Assembly (NCBI RefSeq): GCF_006345805.1
Contig: NC_042998.1
Location: 152,954,001-153,018,000, forward strand
Source: Octopus sinensis
Lineage: Eukaryota
Reading direction: 5' to 3'
Length of the DNA stretch: 64,000 nucleotides
Under the pieces are notes generated by a model. It ran no database searches and was not told where the DNA came from. It saw only the letters and a list, made by a program, of their open reading frames with translations. Within the stretch, counting starts at the first letter, position 1. Every line of letters starts with the position of its first letter. Of this stretch, positions 12,789-24,398 are shown piece by piece. A program made the position numbers and the translations under genes.

Positions 12789-12844
12789 CTGTAAAATAAA
12801 ATTGGAAATATTGAAGAACTTATACAATTCATTTTCATCAATAA

Positions 12845-13135
12845 GCATTGTTGTGTGGTTAACAGGCTTGCTTCCCAACCACATGGTTCTGGGTTCAGTC
12901 TCGCTGCATGGTACCTTGGGCAAGTGTCTTTGGTAGATGGAAACTGAAAGAAACTGTCATATGTGTGTGTGCATCTTTGTTTGTTCCCCCCACCATACTG
13001 CTTGACAACCAGTGTTGGTGTGTTTACCCCCCCCCCCTTACTTAGTGATTCAGCAAAAGAGACTGATAAAATAAGTACTAGGCTTAAAAAAATAAGCCCT
13101 GGCCACAGTCAAATGACTAAAACAAGTAAAAGATA
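12845..13135 (+). mobile_element. tRNA-derived SINE, degenerate
   Basis: Similar to 18292-18795 (cccaaccacatggttctgggttcagt, accttgggcaagtgtctt, gtcaaatgactaaaacaagtaaaag). Confidence 0.75.
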
Positions 13136-13764
13136 ATAGTGTTCAATTATACAGTATTGCATGAATTGTATCTTCTAACAGAGACTCTATAAGTGTAGTA
13201 AATAGTGGCTTTCCAAGAACACTGAAGAACCAGTGATGAGATGTGAACTATAAATTCTTGGGTTAGTAGGGTAGGTCTAACAATTCAAACAGCTTTAATA
13301 TCATAAGGCAAATTTTAATAGGTGACCCAGTAATTCCATGAAAAGCTTTGAATAAATTTGGCAATTAAAAAAACTAAAGTCAAAACAGTGAGGTACTGAA
13401 CTTAATACAATGCATGCTTTCTTTGTCTGATAGAGTCAATGCAATTTATGTTCAACTTGAATTTCACTAGGTTGATACCTTTGAGAAAATACTGGACATT
13501 GAAAGAAGTTTAGAGGGTTGTGATTCTTGGTAGGAAGATTTAGAAAAATATTTACAGCATGGTTTGAGTGATAAAATAAACTAAGAATGATGACTGGAGG
13601 TCAGACAGAAAAATCTGATGCACTTGGGTGGAAGTGATAATTAAATTGCTAGTTAAGATGCACAGAGAACATTACAGAAGTAGTATAAGGACATATTGTA
13701 TTACTGGGCCACTGGATGTAGACTACTGGTGAATGAAACACTGCTAATAAACTAGATAGCCTTT

Positions 13765-14010
13765 CTAGAAAGTTGTCTTTCTTGATGCTTCTTATATCCA
13801 CCTTTTCTCTCAGGACACTTACACCTTGTTGTGTATGTACACTGACATTACACATCCAGCAGATCATACTAGCTTCATTTATTTCAAGCCTATGCATGTC
13901 CTCAACATGGCCTATGTTTCACTGCCGTGTAGTATGGCAGTTTCCACACATGCATCATACAGTCTACCTTTCATCCTGAGTGAGAGGCACTTAGTTGCCA
14001 GCAGAAAGTG
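13765..14010 (-). mobile_element. RTE RT C-terminal fragment
   Basis: MHRLEINEASMICWMCNVSVHTQQGVSVLREK. Confidence 0.7.
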
Positions 14011-14249
14011 TAACAGAAATATTACTATAGATATTTAAATAATATTTTCATGTACATCACACTTGTTTTGAAGAGCATCAGAGACAGATAAGGGTTGAAG
14101 AGGGGTTTACCCCCTCCCTCCACGCCACCACCACCACCACTAAGAGGAAACATAACCTAAGAATGTAATTTTATAGAAGTGTGGATTGCAATAAAAGATC
14201 CTCTGAGGTTGTGAGAACTACTATTAGTCGAGAATATGAGAGTTTATGT

Positions 14250-16785
14250 TGTGGGTCATGCTTAACATCCATTTTCCATGTTTGCATGAGTTGGATGGTT
14301 TGACTGAGGTCTGGAGAGCCAGTGATTGCACCAGGTTCCAATCTGATCTGGCAATGTTTCAATTGCTGGATGCCCTTCCTAATGCCAAACACTCTGAGAA
14401 TGTAGTGGGTGCTTTTTACATGCCACCAGCACAGGAGCCAGTCAGGTGGACCTGGCATTGATCATGTTCTGATAGTGCTTTTTATGTGCCACTAGCATGG
14501 GGCCAGTCACAGGGTATTGGCATCAACCACATTTAAATGGTGCTTTTCACATGCCACCAGCATGGGAGCCAGCCAGGGGGTATTGTCATCAGCTACGTTT
14601 GGATGGTGCTTTTTACATGCCACCCGTACGGGAGCCAGTCAGGGGGCACAGCTATGATATTGGTTTTACTTGACTCAATAGGTCTTCACAAGCACATCAT
14701 ATCACCTGACACATCAGGGGTACTCTTAACAGGGCTGGACATGCATGGCTGCGATCTCACTTTAGTTGCCTGGTCTTTTCGATATCAGCATATTTCCAAA
14801 GGCCTCGGTCTCCTGTCATTGCCTCTGTGTGGCCCAATGTCTGAAGGTCATGCTTCACCACCTCATCCCATGTCTTCCTGGGTCTATCTCTTCCACAGGT
14901 TCCTTCTACAGTTAGGGAGTGGCACTTCCTCACACAGCTATCCTCATCCATACATAACACATGACCATACCAGCACAGTTGTCTCTCTTGCACACCACAT
15001 TTGATGCTTCTTAGGCCCAACTTTTCTCTCGAGCCTAACTTTTCCCTCAGAAACTTTCACACTGACATTACACATCCAGCAGATCATACTAGCTTCATTT
15101 CTTTCAAGCCTACACATATCCTCAGTAGTCATGGCCTATGTTTCACTGCCATGTAGCATGGCAGTTTGCACACATGCATCATACAGTCTGCCTTTCATTC
15201 TGAGTGAGAGGCTCTTAGCTGCCAGCAGAGGTATGAGCTCCCTGAACTTTGCCCATGCTATTCTTATTCTGACAACTACACTCTCAGAGCAACCACCCCC
15301 ATTACAGACTTGGTCACATAGGTAGTGGAAGCTATCAACTACTTCTAGTTTCTTCCCCTGGTATGTGATGGAATCTGTTTTCTGTACATCTTCAGTGTTT
15401 ATTGCCCCTGTGCATCTGCCACACACAAAAACTATCTTTCCAGTTAAACTTCCTTTGATACTGCTCCACCTCTGTTCATAGCTTATACCAGGTACATCAT
15501 ATGGAGTTTCTACCCATGCCTTTTCTACAGATTGAGTAAGGCCATCTACCAGTGATTCGACAGCCTTCTTACTTACTAAGACTTTGGTTTTTGTTAGGCC
15601 CTTCGATTCTAGACCTCGCCTCCACACCCTAGATTTCATCTCTAGTGCTTGCAGTGACTCGGCTATTGGGGCAAGGTCATCAGCATAGAGGAGCTCCCAG
15701 GGCAGCCTGTCTTGAATTCCTCTGTTATTGCCTGGGGGACTATAATGAATAAGAGGGGGCTGAGGACTAATCCTTGATGAACCCCTACTGGAACTCTTCA
15801 TTATACTTGTTGCCAGCCTTCACCTTACTGACAGCATCCCTGCACAAAGCTTGTACAGTTCTTACCAACCACTCATCTATCCCCAGTTTCTGTATTGATC
15901 ACCAGGTAAGGGATCGAGAGACCCTGTCAAAGGCTTTCTCCAAGTCAACAAAAGCCAAGTACAGAGGTTTATCTTTGGCTAGGTATTTCTCCTGCAGTTG
16001 TCTTACCAGAAATATAGCATCAGTGGTGCTTCTGCCTGGCACAAAGCCAAACTGCATCTCATCTAGGCTAACTCTCTCCCTAATTAGTTGGGCTATGACC
16101 CTGTAACTATTTCTATCAAAAGCATCACCTTTACTCTTGTAGCAGTTGACTATGGTGCTGCTACACCAGTCATTGGGTATGACTCCTTCATGAACTACCT
16201 GATTTACGATGTGGGTGACAAGACCATAACTTACACTGCCTGATATTTTAAGCATCTCAGTGGTGATTCCCAATGGGCCAGGTACTTTTTTGTCTTCATA
16301 TCCTTAATTGCTTTATCTACCAGGGTACTGTCGATCCAGGTAGCAGGTCCCTCAATTGGGTCAACCTTTAGCAGACTCTCCTCCTCGCATTCATTCTACA
16401 CATCCAGCAGTCTTTCATAATGGCATCTCCAAGTCTCTTTCTTTGCAGACTCATTAAACGCAAGGGCACCATCATCCATGCGAACACATTTCTCTCCTAT
16501 GACATCATGGTTTTTCCCTTACACACTGTCTTGCAATCTGAAACACTTCAGCTCTTTGGTCCTAAATCTGGAAAGGACTTTGCACCAGCCACAGATTTGG
16601 TTTGTGGCACTCAGCAAGCTATCTCGCAGGAATTCCCAGCTGCCTTCTATGTCACAGGTCTGTAGCTCCTCTCCCTATCATCAAATTTCTCAGTAAGGAT
16701 ATCCCTAAATCTATGTGAAAGGTTCTTAAGCTTTCAAGTCCTTCTTTTCCAGATTGGTCTGCTTTTTGGCATCCTTCCGTGACAT
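14250..16785 (-). mobile_element. RTE LINE, 5'-truncated and frameshifted
   Basis: RT motifs QFGFVPGRSTTDAIF, DLEKAFDRV, ELLYADDL; C-terminal GRDRPRKTW; 3' repeat array and tail. Confidence 0.9.
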
Positions 16786-17679
16786 GATAAACGTTGTTCT
16801 TCAAAGTGAGAATGAGAAGGCTATTATTACACCAAAGAGTCTGTGAAAAACATTACCAAAACCTAAAGCACACCAGAATTTATAGATGGTTGGAGAGAAA
16901 GAGCTCTGTTAAAAAAGACTGTAATGGAAAAGTCTCACAGGAAATCTCCAATTCAGAAGATGAGAGACATTTAAAATCAATAAACAAATAATTTAAAAAG
17001 AGATTCCTAATAGGTATGACTCCTAAAAAAATCATACTGATCTTTGTATAAGAAGGAAAGGGATACAAAATGATAAAAGAAGATGGTTATTTTTAACTGT
17101 TTCCAGCATCTTTGTAATAGGTCACTGTAGAGAGGAACAGATTGATGTAGATCCTTGTGGCAAAAATGTTGAATAATTTGGTGAGAATGGGAGTTAGTTT
17201 AGGAGTGTATTGTTTGGAATAATGGAAAGAATACAGTCAGAAACAGCAACTTTGTTTGAGAGGACTAACTGGAGATGTGACAGTTTAGCCCCCAAATTAG
17301 CATTGATTGAGCTAACATATAATCAAAAGCATTGCAGCTGTGACCATTCAGTATTTTTCTTATTGGAATAAGGTGCTCTAGTCCATGTTATCTAATTCAA
17401 CATTCCTTTTGTTTAGCAACAGATATGAGTTGACAGAGATTTTATCTGCTATTTCTAGAAAATCAACTACATAGAAAATTTCTTGTTGACTAGAGAGGTT
17501 TACCCACATGGTGATTATGTGTATATGTTACAAAAGCAAGTGAGAACAAAAGTGGAATTGAAATTGCTTTTCTTTCTCTCTCTCTTTTTATGTGTGCATG
17601 TGCAATGTGAAACTTAGCCGGCTCATGAGAATTTACAAATTATAATTTTTTTAACTACATAGTATGCAACTAAACTTAC

Positions 17680-17741
17680 AGGTGGACCATAACCTCGCAC
17701 ACCTTTGTCAATCACCTCTGGAGCCATATATTGCATTGTGC
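17680..17741 (-). CDS. MAP3K5: ASK1-family MAP3K exon (APE motif)
   Basis: tttcag|GC ACA ATG...CCA CCT|gtaagt; (G)[20 protein letters not shown]; 62 nt; absent from ORF track. Confidence 0.95.
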
Positions 17742-18291
17742 CTGAAAAGAAAAAAAAAATGAGAACTTAATTTGTAAACATACATTTGAAGAAGTATTAA
17801 CACATAAAAGTATATAGCAGATATATAAAAATTCACACATTTCATTAATAAAGGTATATTTAATTTCTTGAATATGAGTAGGATAAATCACCTATTCATT
17901 AAACTTCAATAAAGAGCAATAATAACAAAATATCCTAGTATGATAAAACTGTTCTTTGGTTGATACTTAAAATGAAATTTCTGGCTTGCAATGTATCAAT
18001 ACACTAATTTTTGAGGTAATTATATTTGTATGTATATGTAAATATGTGTAAAAGAGACAGCGTAAAAGGAGAGAGAGGGGAAAAAGAGAAGGGGAATGAT
18101 GAGAAATTAGGTCCAGCTCAAATATGTTGATAAAATAATTTGAGCAAAATTTACAAAATTCAGGAATGCAATTCATTGATTTATGGCTGTAATCCAACAC
18201 TGATACAAAGATTTATGAGTAGTGTTCTGTACCAAAGTATATAAATATATCAGCAAAAGGAAACACCACCATAAAAAAGAAAATGAACATA

Positions 18292-18487
18292 GGTGCAAGA
18301 GTGGCTGTGTGGTAAGTAGCTTGCTTATCAACCACATGGTTCCAGGTTCAGTCCCACTGCATGGCACATTGGGCAAGTGTCTTCTACTATAGCCTCAGGC
18401 CAGCCAAAGCCTTGTGAGTGGAATTGGTAGACAGAAACTGAAAGAAGCCCGTCGTGTATGTGTGTGTGTGTGTGTACATATATATAT

Positions 18488-18577
<90 letters not shown>

Positions 18578-18795
18578 TATATGAATATATGTATATGTTT
18601 GTGTGTCTGTGTTTGTCCCCCATCGCTTGACAATCGATGTTGGTGTGTTTACGCCCCTGTAACTTAGCGGTTTGGAAAAAGAAACAGATAGAGTAAGTAC
18701 TAGGTTCACAAATAAGTCCTAGGGTCGATTTGTTTGACTAAAGGTGGTGCTCCAGCATGACCACAGCCAAATGACTGAAACAAATAAAAGAATAG
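18292..18795 (+). mobile_element. tRNA-derived SINE with internal (TA/CA) microsatellite expansion
   Basis: A-box-like TGGCTGTGTGG and B-box-like GGTTCAGTCCC; central domain; 3' tail ggtggtgctccagcatgaccacagcc...tgactgaaacaaataaaaga. Confidence 0.85.
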
Positions 18796-19117
18796 CTTTG
18801 TAGATAAATAAATTATGAAAGTATTTGCCTATGTTGCACTAGTCCCTTGTTTGCTGCAGCATAGCTTATATGTCTAAAGAGTCTAGATATATAAGCTATA
18901 CTGTAGCTCAAGCACAATTTGAGTACCTTTATAGCTCAATTTCATGGAAGTATGCATCTTCATGCTACCATGAGAGTGAGCTCTATTAGTAACCAACTTA
19001 TGCTTGAGCACCCAGATACCACACACACACACACACACACACACACTCATGCACACAAACAGATTGATACACACACATACACACAAAAACAAGAGAAAAT
19101 GAAAACCAGCCTCTTAC

Positions 19118-19256
19118 CAGCTAATGTATTTGCATTGCGATTGATTCCTGCTAACCGTTTTGATGTCCCAAAGTCAGATATCTTCAAGACACCACTGTAG
19201 GTATTCACCAAGACATTGTCACCTTTAATGTCACGGTGAACAATTTTATTGTCATG
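19118..19256 (-). CDS. MAP3K5: ASK1-family MAP3K exon (catalytic loop, DFG, activation segment)
   Basis: ttgcag|CAT GAC...GCT G|gtaaga; [46 protein letters not shown]; 139 nt. Confidence 0.97.
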
Positions 19257-19728
19257 CTGCAAACAACAAATTAAAGAAATTAGAGCAAGGGAACTTGAGA
19301 TGACTAAAAGAGTGTAAATTGCTTATTTGGAATTGATATGGAGTGTGGTACTTCAATGGTTACATCATCATATTCTCTCTTCTAGACCTTATGTAAATAT
19401 ATTAAAGACCCACCAATGGTTGAGAACAGGAGCACTTTAAAACAAAGTGTATTTCCATATGTGTGGTAGCAATGGTTCACAGAGACTCAGTGTCACTACT
19501 TCACTAAAAAAAATATCTGATATTCATAACTAATTGTAAACTTTGAGAAGACATAGAATAAGAAAAGAAGACTGAAGCACTAAAAATAAGAGTCAGGCAA
19601 AAATTGATCTTGAAATTTTAAAATTAGTGTTGCTGCTCTTTTAGTCGTCATACATAGCTTGAGGCCTGTAGTGCTCCCCTTACTTGAAAATTCAAAGGAG
19701 GATTTGAGATTTGTGGAATGACCCTTAA

Positions 19729-20764
19729 CCCTTTCGTTTAATTTCTAACATAATCATAAATTTAGTCTGGTTTCATTAAACAACTATAACTTTTTTATTT
19801 ATCAATATATTAATGTGATTTTTGGAAGATAATTTAATGAAATGTTCTCAACCAATTCTATACTATAATTTTTGTCACAAAGAGACTTTAATTGCAGGTA
19901 GATACAGGTAAATTCAACAATATATAAAATTATTAAAATTTTGTTCAAACATCGCTATAGAAAATGGGTTATTAGCTAATATTCAATTGGGTATACAACA
20001 AAATTTTACGATAGAATTTGTTATTCTGGGTAACTTTCTGATACCCATAATAATATTTATGGCAAAATAGTCTTACTTTCATTTAATGTTGTGGGGAAAC
20101 CACTAACTAACCTTTCTTTCACTTTGTTTACATTTAGCGTAACGGTTCGTTTCCGCCGTAATGATTTCAAATAGGCTCATTCGAAAAAGTGAAAAGAAAT
20201 AATCTAAGGCTTTACTCTCCTGGGAAAGTCTGTGGCTTGGTCCAGTTTCTTCAGAAAAATCACCGAAAGAAACAGTTTTAAATTTTCACTCCATTCAGGT
20301 GCCAATTCATTTTCTTTATCGCTGTCGGAGCTCTCGGATTCACTGTTTTCACTTTCGGAAAATGAAACATCAGATTCATTATTAAATACCACGTGCTTTG
20401 TTTTTTCAGTCATAGAGTTAGATTTATGAAGGTCTTCAGTAGAAAATCCTTCGAATTCTGACCCGCTGCTTGATATAATGAAATTCGTATCCATTTTTTG
20501 TCAGATTTACAAATTTTGAAAACACAATAGGAACAAATTTCGGAAAAAAATCTCTCAAAATTCACGGAATTAAAATTACACTTCGATTGTTGTACAAAAC
20601 TGTAGTTGAACTGTTTACGAAGTATAATACGTGTTTTCACGAATGTACTAAAGAGATTTGCTCTGATATTCTCATTTAAATATGAATAGGTAAATACGGG
20701 CAGGTTTGGTCACATTAAACAAAATTTTTTTCGGGTGGCTCTGGGTGGTTTGGTAATGAAAAGG
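19729..20764 (-). mobile_element. piggyBac-like internally deleted DNA transposon
   Basis: TTAA at 19725-19728 and 20765-20768; imperfect TIRs CCCTTTCGTT / CCTTTTCATT; minus-strand acidic N-terminal remnant (SGSEFEGFS...ESESSDSD) at 20204-20494. Confidence 0.7.
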
Positions 20765-21767
20765 TTAAATGATTTCTTATGCATACCTATGCACTCAGTG
20801 TGTTTCAAAACTTGAAGGAAAGAATTCACATCAGCTTGATATACAATCATTTTGACATTGAAATTTATACATCCACTCATAAATGCTCATGGCAAATGCT
20901 CATGGCATTAGCTTTAATGTTGAGTGTAATTCATTTGGTCTATCTATTCATCATATTGTATCACAGATTAAAGGCTGAGAATTCCACACATTTGAAATCC
21001 CAATGTAATAATCAAATAGACATAATGTGACAAATATGGCTCTTTAATTTGAAAATACATTTAATGTGAGAATTTTCTGAACAATTGCTGCCAAACAAAT
21101 TTCATTCAGAAAGCTTAAATGGACCAGCTATTATGAAAGAAGACATGTGCTAAGTGCTGTGCAGAATAATTGAACTGAGAATCACATACCTGTGAATGTG
21201 ATTGTGACCACTTGACATTGACCTAGTTCTCCTAACGCTGAATCTGTTCATCAAATAGTAGTAATTGGCATTTAGTAGTGACAATGCTGTCTTCCACATA
21301 AATTCCTTAAATAACCCTTTACCCCATTTCTATAATTAGAAAATCTTTATTGTCACCCTTCCACTTATTCTTCCCTCTCACAACCTTACAGTAGTCTGGA
21401 ACAACCAAATCTTAGTCAGTCAGTTGATGGGCTCCACTACCTGAAATGTTCTTAAAATTTAAATCCACATCTTTGTCTATATATCTACCTTCTCTATAAT
21501 GTTGCCACTTGATATGAAAATTTTTGTGTTAATGGAAAACCTTTATAATTGGCTGCTGAGTACTCAGCATTTTAAATCTGTTGTAATACTTACAACATTT
21601 AATAAAATGATGTAGTACAAAATGATTGTACAAAATTACTGGAGTCATTCTTGTTGCTTATTTTGATTATAATCACCCCACGGATTTTTATGGATAATAC
21701 CAAACAAAATTCTGGTGCATCTAAATTAAGTACCATATTCATTTGTATCTAAATTTTCGCTGAACTT

Positions 21768-21798
<31 letters not shown>

Positions 21799-21835
21799 TA
21801 AATATATATATACATATATATATAATATATATACA

Positions 21836-22247
21836 TCTTTTTTTTCTTGTTTCAGCTCAGAGCTGCAGCCATGCTAATGCACCGCCGTTTTGTGCTACAC
21901 TGTTATTACGAAGAGCCTCCTCTCATATGTGGCACTTGATGAAGAATGGAGTTTCATATAGCTACTCTTATTTGCACCTCTTGCCGTGAGGTAGGTTCAT
22001 CTGGGACTTACGACAGGAAGATGTCCAGCTTTGATTTTAAAACCGCTACATCTACTTTGTGCAAGTTCCTCAGACTCTTTGGGAGAATATTAAAAAGCTG
22101 TGGGCCCTTGACCATCATGGTTTCCTTATCTCTGGTTCTTAATGTTCTTAGGATTCATCCAGCCAGTCGTCTGCACTTTGCCGCCATCCTGGTAATGTGC
22201 ACTTGGAAAGAGGTATCCTCACTCATGTCGATACCCAGGTCCCTCAC
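21836..22247 (-). mobile_element. CR1-like LINE 3' fragment with internal deletion
   Basis: Close reverse-complement match to 28644-28780 joined to 29134-29400; about 350 bp deleted at a 2-bp microhomology (22110-22111). Confidence 0.9.
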
Positions 22248-22279
22248 ATATACATATATATATATATAATATATATATA

Positions 22280-24166
22280 TAACAGGAAGGTTTACGAAAA
22301 TAAACAAAAGATGAAGGCAGGTGGAGTACAAACAAACAAATGTATTAGTATGGCGCTCAGGAATAGAAATAGAACAAGTCTCTTACGTTTCGGGCCTACG
22401 CTATTCCACAGAAAGATACACAGAAAAGAAACAAGGAGAGAAAAAAATGCGTGTAGGAGCTAACGGTCTATCATGGCATTCTGACTTCGGTCAGAGGTCA
22501 GATGTTAGACGCTAGAGGGATAGTAGGGGAGATAAGAAGGTCAAGTGACTTGCAAAACGAAGGTGGCCCCAACACGAAGGTGCATGTGTGTATAAGAGCG
22601 TATGTATGTGCGTGTGAAAGAGGGCTGGTGGTCTGGAAGTGCGTATGTATGTGTGGGTGGTGTGTTGTCATGTGATGTGTAATGTCGTATGGTGTAGTGT
22701 AGTGTGGTGTTGTGGGGAGGTAGGGGGGCAAGAGTGGGGAGAGCCCATGTGGGGTGTGGGTTCGGCTGGGGGTTGGGGTAGAGTGGGGGTTGTGGGGAGA
22801 GTGAGAGGGGAGGGAAGAGGGAGGGGGAGGGGGAGGGAAAGGAGGGGAGTGGTAGGGAGAGGAAGAGAAGGGGAGGGAGAGAGGAGGGGAGTGATGAGAA
22901 GGGGAGTGAGGGAGCAGAAAGAAAGAGAGAGGGGGAAGATGGAAGAAGAAAGAAGAAGAGGGAAGAAGGGAAAGAAGGGAAGAGGAGGGAAAAAGAGTAG
23001 GGGTGAAAAGATGAAGGACTGAAGAGAAGTAGGAGTCGGGGGGAGGTTAGATGAAAAGGAGGGGAGAGTTGAGCCCAAATGGCATAAAAGAGCGGAGAGA
23101 AGATTAATCCCTGTTCACGGCGCAAGCGGGAATCCGGATGGCCTCTGTGCAAGGACAATCCGAACACAGACAGGTGTTGCAAGGAATGACCGGTGGAGCG
23201 GAAATGGCGTGAGACTGGTGTGTCATTGGCGAGGCGGATGTCTCGGAGGTGTTCCGCGAACCATTCAGCCAAGCGGCGTCCCGTTTGTCCGATGTACAGG
23301 GAAAGGCAGAGAGAGCAGGAGATGCAATAGATGATATTGCTGGAGGTGCAGGTGAAGGAGTCGATGATGCGATAGGGTTGATGATGGGTGCCAGTGAGAA
23401 GGGTGGTGCTGGAGAGGTAAGGGCAAGTGCGGCAACATGGGCAGGAGCAGGGGAACGAGCCAGGTTGGGAGGTAGGGTCAGGGAAGAAGCTGTGGACCAA
23501 GAGGTCTCGTAGGTTATGGGCTCGTTTGAAGGAGGGGAGGGGTTGGTTAGGGAAGAGGTGTGAAGTGGACGGGTCGGACTGGAGATGCCGGAGAGCTTGA
23601 AGAATGGTGCGTTGGAGAGGTAGGGTGGTGGGGTGGTAAGTGAGGGGAAAAGGGAGGCGGAAGACTGCAGGGCGGGTTCGGGGGAAGAGAGCAGATGCAC
23701 GGTCTATGGAACATGCTCTGGCAAGGGCGGTGTGGATAGTGGTAAAGGGGTATCCACGTAGGATGAAGAGGCAAGCCATGAGTTGAGACTGAGTCTCAAA
23801 GTCATGGTCGTCACTACAGAGCCTATGTAGACGGAGGAATTGGGAATAGGGGATGGAAAGCTTAGTGTGTTTGGGGTCTGTGTGTTTGTAGTGAATGGAG
23901 GTGTTAAGAGTGGAGTGATGAATGCTGACCGAAATGTCGAGGAAGGAAATGGAGGTGTTGGAGGTAGTGCAGGTGAAGTGCAGGGCAGGAAGGAAAGATT
24001 GAAGGAAAGAGAGGAAGGAGTCTAGAGGTTCCCGGGAGAGTGAGGTGGCACCGATAATGTCGTCAATGTAAGGACCGTATAGTTCAGGAGTGGGACCAGT
24101 GAAACTAGAGAATATTTAGGCCTCAACATAGCCAATGAACAGGTTCGCATAGTTGGGGCCCATTAT
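22280..24166 (-). mobile_element. Penelope-like element (RT plus GIY-YIG endonuclease), 5'-truncated
   Basis: RT remnant MGPNYANLF...YIDD...SFLD...SIPYSQFLRL (23780-24166); GYP thumb, Cys-rich linker, GIY-YIG NIIYCISC...YIGQT; CT-rich 3' region. Confidence 0.92.
22378..22417 (-). ncRNA. Candidate degenerate minimal hammerhead ribozyme in the PLE 3' terminal region
   Basis: Minus strand TCTTT-CTGTGGA-ATAGCGTAGGCCC-GAAAC-GTA-AGAGA; GAAAC, palindromic ACGT and GUA triplet present; core CUGANGA has substitutions. Confidence 0.4.
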
Positions 24167-24243
24167 ACATATATATATATGCAAATATATATATATATTT
24201 ACAAATATAATATATAATATATTATATATATATATATAATATA

Positions 24244-24319
<76 letters not shown>

Positions 24320-24398
24320 ATATAATATATATATATATATATTATATAATATAATATATATATATATATAATATAATATAATATATATATATATATAT

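Noticed and set aside
22541-23100. Pro/Ser/Leu/Phe-rich C-terminal half of the 412-aa ORF
   Set aside because: Read-through into CT-rich low-complexity 3' sequence after the GIY-YIG domain
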